Part shown: positions 27,328 through 32,000 of the stretch, piece after piece
How positions within the stretch are numbered: position 1 is the first letter of the stretch
Layout of the letters: every line of letters starts with the position of its first letter
From: Puniceicoccales bacterium
GTDB lineage: Bacteria; Verrucomicrobiota; Verrucomicrobiia; Opitutales; JAIRLG01
Reading direction: 5' to 3'
NCBI GenBank assembly: GCA_031288595.1
Contig: JAITRB010000003.1
Span: forward strand, 1 to 32,000
DNA: 32,000 nt
Position numbers and translations under genes: made by a program
The notes under the pieces: model-generated
Databases searched by the model: none
Told to the model about the DNA's origin: nothing
The model's input: the letters and a program-made list of their open reading frames with translations, nothing else

Positions 27328-28920
27328 ATGGGCGATCGCTGGGAACATTTTCAGGAGCATTTTCTGTGGTTTGATGAGCTGGGATTCGGCCTTGACACAT
27401 CGAAGGTGCATTTCCCCGAGTCCTTTGAGGAGACCATGCAAGCACAGGTGGAAGATGCCCATCGGGCGATGATGGCACTGGAAGCGGGTGCGATGGCGAA
27501 CCTGGACGAGAACCGACAGGTCGGGCACTACTGGTTGCGAAATCCCGAGCTCGCACCGACGGCCGAGATTCGCGAGGAAATCCTAGCCATGCACCGCGAT
27601 GTGGAGGATTTCGTTCGGGGCGTACATCTCGCCGAGTTGGCCGGCGATGGCGGGGCCTTTCAATACCTGCTCTGCATCGGAATTGGCGGTTCGGCCCTCG
27701 GGACGCGCTTTGTTGCGCATGCCCTGAAGGATCGACTCCAAGTACAGCGGATGCAGCTGTATTTTTTGGACAATACAGATCCGGATGGCATCGACCAGGT
27801 CTTGGAATCTTTGAAGGACGTTTTGGGCAAAACCCTGGTCCTGGTCATTTCCAAATCGGGGACGACGCCCGAGACCTACAACGGGATGAAGGAGACCATG
27901 TTGGCCTACGAGCACCAGGGTCTCGCCTTTTCCCGCCACGCAGTGGCCATCACCTGTAGGGATAGCCTGCTTGACCAGGAGGCTCGACGGGAAGGTTGGC
28001 TGCATGTCTTTCCCCTGTGGGAGTGGGTCGGTGGCCGGACCAGCGTCATGTCGGCGGTGGGCCTACTGCCACTGGCACTTCTCGGCATCGACACGAGCTC
28101 CTTTCTAGACGGCGCACGCGCGATGGATCGCCTCACGCGCGGAACGGATGAGAATAATCCCGCCATGCGTCTGGCCCTGGCCTGGTATGTGGCCACGAAG
28201 GGAAGAGGCGAGAAGGCGATGGTCATTATTCCCTACAAGGATCGCCTCTCCCTGCTGACCCTCTATCTCCAGCAGTTGGTCATGGAATCGCTGGGCAAGC
28301 GCACGGACTTCGATGGCCATCTCGTGCGGCAGGGCTTGACGGTTTATGGGAATAAGGGCTCGACGGACCAGCATTCCTATGTCCAGCAACTGCGCGACGG
28401 CCTGCAGAACTTCTTCGTCACCTTCGTAGAGGTTTTGAGAGATAGGGAAGCATTCGGCCATCGGACGCTGCTGCCGGTGACGACGGGCGACTATCTGGAA
28501 GGATTTTTGCTGGGCACGCGGGAGGCCCTGATGGAGGAAGCCTGCGATTCGATAACCCTCACGCTGCGGGAGCTGAATGCAGCTTCGATAGGGATGCTCA
28601 TCGCCCTCTATGAGCGGACAGTAGGGTTTTACGCCCAACTCATCCGCGTCAATGCCTATCACCAGCCAGGTGTGGAGGCGGGCAAGAGGGCAGCCCAGGC
28701 GCTGCTGCAGATGCAGGAGGTCCTTCACGGGATCTTCGAATCGGCGGAGGCGGGTAGCGACTGGAGTGTGGAGGAACTGGAGGAGGAGCTACGGGCAAGG
28801 GGGAAGCTGGTGGAATTCGAGCTCATCTTCAAGATTCTCGAACACCTGGTTGCCAATAGCCGCCTGCGGGTCAGTCGTTCTGCACACATCGGCGATCAGC
28901 GCTATGCGAAGAACGCTTGA
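27328..28920 (+). CDS. pgi: glucose-6-phosphate isomerase
   Basis: SIS-domain motifs IGIGGSALG and VISKSGTTPET, a GNKGSTDQHSYVQQLRDG segment, and a length of 530 aa. Confidence 0.9.
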   Translation: MGDRWEHFQEHFLWFDELGFGLDTSKVHFPESFEETMQAQVEDAHRAMMALEAGAMANLDENRQVGHYWLRNPELAPTAEIREEILAMHRDVEDFVRGVHLAELAGDGGAFQYLLCIGIGGSALGTRFVAHALKDRLQVQRMQLYFLDNTDPDGIDQVLESLKDVLGKTLVLVISKSGTTPETYNGMKETMLAYEHQGLAFSRHAVAITCRDSLLDQEARREGWLHVFPLWEWVGGRTSVMSAVGLLPLALLGIDTSSFLDGARAMDRLTRGTDENNPAMRLALAWYVATKGRGEKAMVIIPYKDRLSLLTLYLQQLVMESLGKRTDFDGHLVRQGLTVYGNKGSTDQHSYVQQLRDGLQNFFVTFVEVLRDREAFGHRTLLPVTTGDYLEGFLLGTREALMEEACDSITLTLRELNAASIGMLIALYERTVGFYAQLIRVNAYHQPGVEAGKRAAQALLQMQEVLHGIFESAEAGSDWSVEELEEELRARGKLVEFELIFKILEHLVANSRLRVSRSAHIGDQRYAKNA

Positions 28921-28972
28921 CAATATCGGGAGCAGGCCGAGCCTTGGTCCCTCATGAGAGGAGGTGAGCGAA

Positions 28973-29173
28973 ATGTCCGTTGAAGTGAAGCTGCGCAAGG
29001 GTGAGAGCATCGACAAGGCCCTGCGGCGTCTGAAAAAAAAGCTGGACCGCGAGAACATTATCAAGGACGTGCGGGCGAAGCGCTTTTTCGAAAAGCCATG
29101 CGAGCGCCGCCGCCGCAAGGAGAAGGTCGCTAAGTTCAACAACATGTTGCGCCTGCGCTACGAAAACGCCTGA
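28973..29173 (+). CDS. rpsU: 30S ribosomal protein S21
   Basis: MSVEVKLRKGESIDKALRRLKKKLDRENIIKDVRAKRFFEKPCERRRRKEK matches the S21 pattern. A strong Shine-Dalgarno GAGAGGAGG ends 8 nt before the ATG at 28973. The tracked ORF starts at a GTG at 28964. Confidence 0.9.
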   Translation: MSVEVKLRKGESIDKALRRLKKKLDRENIIKDVRAKRFFEKPCERRRRKEKVAKFNNMLRLRYENA

Positions 29174-29208
29174 GTCTGGTGCAGACTTATAGCGGTCTCT
29201 GAAGGACT

Positions 29209-29224
29209 GGAGTTTTAGAAGATG
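29209..29224 (+). repeat. 16-bp direct repeat, left copy (GGAGTTTTAGAAGATG)
   Basis: An identical 16-mer recurs at 29615-29630. The two copies bracket structured element copy 4 plus tRNA-Ser(GGA). The left flanks are also partially similar (GAAGGACT versus GTATGACG). Confidence 0.8.
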
Positions 29225-29267
29225 TCGGGTAGGATCTCTTTGGGTATCCTAAGAGTGGGGAGGTGGT

Positions 29268-29362
29268 GCCGCCTTAAAGCCCTTTGGGCTTGCCCGCGAA
29301 GCGGGCATGCGACTAGGTAAACGAAGGCCTTAGGCCTTTGTTTGCCTAGTCGCTAAGGCGGC
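29268..29362. repeat. structured intergenic palindromic element, copy 4 (four-way junction)
   Basis: 9-bp closing stem GCCGCCTTA (29268-29276) / TAAGGCGGC (29354-29362). It encloses AAGCCC-TTT-GGGCTT (29277-29291), GCCCGC-GAA-GCGGGC (29292-29306) and a 21-bp hairpin (29309-29353, loop TTA, two G-T wobbles). Confidence 0.8.
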
Positions 29363-29467
29363 GGAGCCTCTGAGCCTGCTTCCACTCCGGTGCTGAAAAA
29401 AGTGCCTTTTGAGTTTGAGATTGACCGTAATGGGGCAAAACCTAGTGCTGGTCCTTGTTTTTTCAGA

Positions 29468-29558
29468 GGAGAGATGGCAGAGCGGTCGATTGTGCAGCAC
29501 TGGAAATGCTGTGTACCTCTTAAGGGTACCGAGGGTTCGAATCCCTCTCTCTCCGCCA
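29468..29558 (+). tRNA. tRNA-Ser(GGA), class II with long variable arm, CCA encoded
   Basis: GGAGAGATGGCAGAGCGGTCGATTGTGCAGCACTGGAAATGCTGTGTACCTCTTAAGGGTACCGAGGGTTCGAATCCCTCTCTCTCCGCCA. Acceptor stem GGAGAGA/TCTCTCC, anticodon loop CTGGAAA and T-arm GAGGG-TTCGAAT-CCCTC. Confidence 0.93.
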
Positions 29559-29614
29559 GTATCTACTTTTATGACAAGTGCTTCTTTTGCGACGTTCACT
29601 TGCTTGGTATGACG

Positions 29615-29630
29615 GGAGTTTTAGAAGATG
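29615..29630 (+). repeat. 16-bp direct repeat, right copy (GGAGTTTTAGAAGATG)
   Basis: Perfect match to 29209-29224. It lies 57 nt downstream of the 3' end of tRNA-Ser(GGA). Confidence 0.8.
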
Positions 29631-29951
29631 CCAAGATGCAAGAAGGGATAGGGCGAGACGGGGGTGCGACGTGCTACGCTAGTGCTGTGGCCGATCCTGA
29701 CGACTGCTTCGCCCAAGGAATACAAGGGGATAAATGCACCCCGTACTGCTGTCGGCTGACGCTGCATTACGCCGACCCACGACGGGCAGTTGCCGGAGGG
29801 CCAACTATCGACCACCTCCTTCGATTCATGGAGGAGAAACGCCGGCAATCCTTTTCCCCATAATGGAGAAATAATTCCCTAAACCCTTCCACTTCTTCTG
29901 CCTCCGCGCTCCGTCCATCCCTTTGCTCCCATTTTCGACGAGTATTCGAAA

Positions 29952-30392
29952 GTGCTCATCTTGGGCACGTTCCCATCCGTGAAGTCGAGGGAATCCGGTT
30001 TCTATTACGGCCATCCGCAGAATCGATTTTGGAAACTGCTCGCCGTTCTCACGGAGACGAAGGCGCTTCCGTCCAGTATCGAGTCTAAAAAACAGATCTT
30101 GCTGAAGAGCGGAATCGCCCTCTGGGATGTGGTGGCCAGCTGCGAGATCCAGGGTTCCAGCGACCTCAGCATAAGCCAGGTCGTGCCCAACGATTTGTCC
30201 GCCCTTCGGGAAAGGGCAGCGGTGAAAAAAATATTTGCCAACGGCGACAAGGCCTACAAGCTCTACGGGAAATTTTGGAGCGACTCCATCGAAAAGCTCC
30301 CTTCGACGAGTCCCGCCAATGCGAATTACTCCTTTTCAGCGCTCCTAGAAAAATGGAAGGCTCTCTTGCCCTACCTCGAAAAGATCTGTTAA
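29952..30392 (+). CDS. DNA-deoxyinosine (hypoxanthine)/uracil-DNA glycosylase superfamily protein
   Basis: LILGTFPSVKSRESGFYYGHPQNRFWKLL matches the active-site region of the small hypoxanthine-DNA glycosylase branch of the UDG superfamily. The only conventional start is the GTG at 29952, yet the frame stays open back to 29883 and encodes a family-like HPFAPIFDEYSK segment. Confidence 0.65.
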   Translation: MLILGTFPSVKSRESGFYYGHPQNRFWKLLAVLTETKALPSSIESKKQILLKSGIALWDVVASCEIQGSSDLSISQVVPNDLSALRERAAVKKIFANGDKAYKLYGKFWSDSIEKLPSTSPANANYSFSALLEKWKALLPYLEKIC

Positions 30393-30531
30393 AAGTCTGA
30401 GTTTTCTCCTGGGGAAAGTGTTCTCGGAAAAGCGGACAGCGGACTCTTTGCTTCTAAAAATGCTGAAGACGCTGAAAATTAAAAGCTTTCGAGACTCGGT
30501 TATTCACCGGCTGACCGCGGAACGGATCATC

Positions 30532-30606
<75 letters not shown>

Positions 30607-30724
30607 GAGGGATGTATGGAAACAAAGAGAAGGGACCAAGAGGCGCAAGCCGTTTCTGGGTAGGACGAAAATCTGCTTTAGTTTTTAGATTTTCATGCCA
30701 ATTTAAATCTGGATTGGGCTTGGG

Positions 30725-32000
30725 ATGGGAAGGGGGAAACAAACATACGCGCCCAGTGGGGGATTTTCGATGCTCCTGGTGCTGAGCTCGATCACGGTTC
30801 TGCTGCTCTGGATCATTTTCATCAATTTCTGCTCGGTCTTTGTCCGTGAACGCCAGCAGAAACATCGCTCCCATGAGCGTTTGCAGCTATGCGCGGAGTA
30901 TGCGCTTCAAGATGCCCTGCAGCACCTGCAGTCCGCCGCCGCAGCGGACCAAAGGGTAAGCGCCAGGGCAGAGATTTTTGATGCTACGGATGATGGGGTG
31001 CCGGAATCACAGCGCCTCTGGACGGGGGTCTGGCGTACGGAGCTGGAAGGGAGGGTGCAGGATACTCCCCAATTCTTCTCCTGGTTGGTCTCCCATCCCC
31101 ATGAAGCGGGTGCTTGCCAATACATCCACAACGAGGCTTTTCCCCGCACTCAGCTGGAGGATAAGAACAGCTATGCCTGGTCTTCCGATGAATGGAATTC
31201 TCCGCAGGTGATTCGCGCGCCCTGGGTCGACATAAGGGACAGCGAATCCCATCTCATCGGTCGCTATGCCTATTGGATCGAAGATGAGAGCCAGAAGGCG
31301 TGCTGCACGCTGCCACATCGGGAAAATTTGGAGGCCGAGGTGCTGCGTTCCTGTCCTCCGCAGAACGGCACTGACTTTCTGGATGGATTGTCGAGATTTC
31401 CCCAGAGTTCGCCGCAGTTGTCCTCCTGCGAGACATTGGAAGAGCTCGAGGCTCGGCATCCGGATTTTCAGGTGACGGGCAGTGACAATCCTTCCATCCG
31501 CAGCTTGCGTTTCTATGAACATGATTTAAGCTGCTGCTCCAAGGGGCTTTTGACGGACTCCTGCAACGGAGGATTCAGAAAAGACCTGACAGCTTTCTTT
31601 CAAGAGGCTGCGCCTGCTCCTCCCTATCCGGCGCTGACGGAGGAGATTTTTCGCGTCGAAAATGCAGATCCCGAACCGGCGCCGAGCTGGGGAATCCTGA
31701 GAAATTTTGCCCGATTGGGCGAAGGGGTTGTTTCGGGAAAACGGGAAGCTCAACTGGCGACCAAAACCTATACCCCCATCGATTACAAGGATTACAGCTC
31801 CTGGCAGCGCAGCGATCTACCCCGAGAGGAACTGCAGATTCCCGAAGTCTCTCCGCTGGCTCCCATCATCACTCATTTTTCCCTACTCATACGCGTGAAG
31901 AAAATGGCCTTGGATACTTCCTCTGGAAATGGGAGCCTTCGCTTCGAGTTCATCCCGCAGCTGACGCTCTACAATCCGCACAACGTCACCCTGAATCCCC
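30725..32000 (+). CDS. large membrane-anchored protein, 5' partial (GspK/minor-pseudopilin-like N-terminus); continues beyond the window
   Basis: My manual translation shows an uninterrupted frame of 425 codons from the ATG at 30725 to the window edge. It is missing from the ORF track because it has no stop codon in the window. The N-terminus SGGFSMLLVLSSITVLLLWIIF resembles the uncleaved hydrophobic anchor of GspK-type minor pseudopilins. The segment GRYAYWIEDESQK resembles the WxEDES motif I recall from such proteins. Confidence 0.6.
   Translation, partial: MGRGKQTYAPSGGFSMLLVLSSITVLLLWIIFINFCSVFVRERQQKHRSHERLQLCAEYALQDALQHLQSAAAADQRVSARAEIFDATDDGVPESQRLWTGVWRTELEGRVQDTPQFFSWLVSHPHEAGACQYIHNEAFPRTQLEDKNSYAWSSDEWNSPQVIRAPWVDIRDSESHLIGRYAYWIEDESQKACCTLPHRENLEAEVLRSCPPQNGTDFLDGLSRFPQSSPQLSSCETLEELEARHPDFQVTGSDNPSIRSLRFYEHDLSCCSKGLLTDSCNGGFRKDLTAFFQEAAPAPPYPALTEEIFRVENADPEPAPSWGILRNFARLGEGVVSGKREAQLATKTYTPIDYKDYSSWQRSDLPREELQIPEVSPLAPIITHFSLLIRVKKMALDTSSGNGSLRFEFIPQLTLYNPHNVTLNP

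Noticed and set aside
29390-29863. 157-aa + strand ORF, including a Cys-rich tail beginning at an ATG at 29609.
   Set aside because: Its first half reads straight through tRNA-Ser(GGA). The remaining 84 codons have no motif or Shine-Dalgarno that I can support, and an equally long ORF exists on the opposite strand. I leave it unannotated.

Overview
This window is a compact, moderately GC-rich stretch of bacterial chromosome made up almost entirely of housekeeping genes. I can support about 27 protein-coding genes and 3 tRNA genes.

Genes from left to right:
- An OppF/DppF-like ABC ATPase.
- A 1.4 kb stretch with no convincing gene.
- A co-directional envelope block: RodZ-like, GldG-like, a DUF4340-like partner, and murG.
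- tRNA-Ser(GCT).
- A minus-strand block: FtsB-like, a UAP1-type UDP-sugar pyrophosphorylase, and a phosphohexomutase.
- A large M16 peptidase, then fabI.
- A XerC/D-type recombinase placed divergently to a small ferredoxin.
- Two prepilin-type pseudopilins.
- A CPA2 antiporter with tandem RCK_C domains.
- gap.
- A hypothetical gene followed by sufC and sufB.
- dnaN, a CPBP protease, tsaE, pgi and rpsU.
- tRNA-Ser(GGA), a deoxyinosine/uracil-type DNA glycosylase, and tRNA-Cys(GCA).
- The 5' part of a large GspK-like membrane-anchored protein. It runs off the right edge, so it is absent from the ORF track.

The gene content (many pseudopilin-like proteins, RodZ, GldG) is compatible with a PVC-group or Verrucomicrobiota-like organism, but that is inference only. 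I see no CRISPR array, IS element, prophage, or recognisable defence or toxin system.

The signal the gene list does not explain is a family of four intergenic elements of about 90-110 nt. Each sits 30-100 nt downstream of a stop codon. Each folds into the same four-way junction:
- a GC-rich closing stem (GCCGCCTTTG / CAAAGGCGGC in three copies);
- a short hairpin;
- a conserved GGCCCGC-GNA-GCGGGCC hairpin;
- a long hairpin of variable sequence.
Compensatory changes between copies preserve the pairing.

One copy, together with tRNA-Ser(GGA), is bracketed by a perfect 16-bp direct repeat.

Secondary oddities:
- the gene-poor 914-2312 region, which contains a chain of TAATGA-coupled mini-ORFs;
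- a sufC-sufB pair with no sufD or sufS nearby;
- a glycosylase whose conserved N-terminus has no canonical start codon;
- divergent genes whose nominal start codons overlap.
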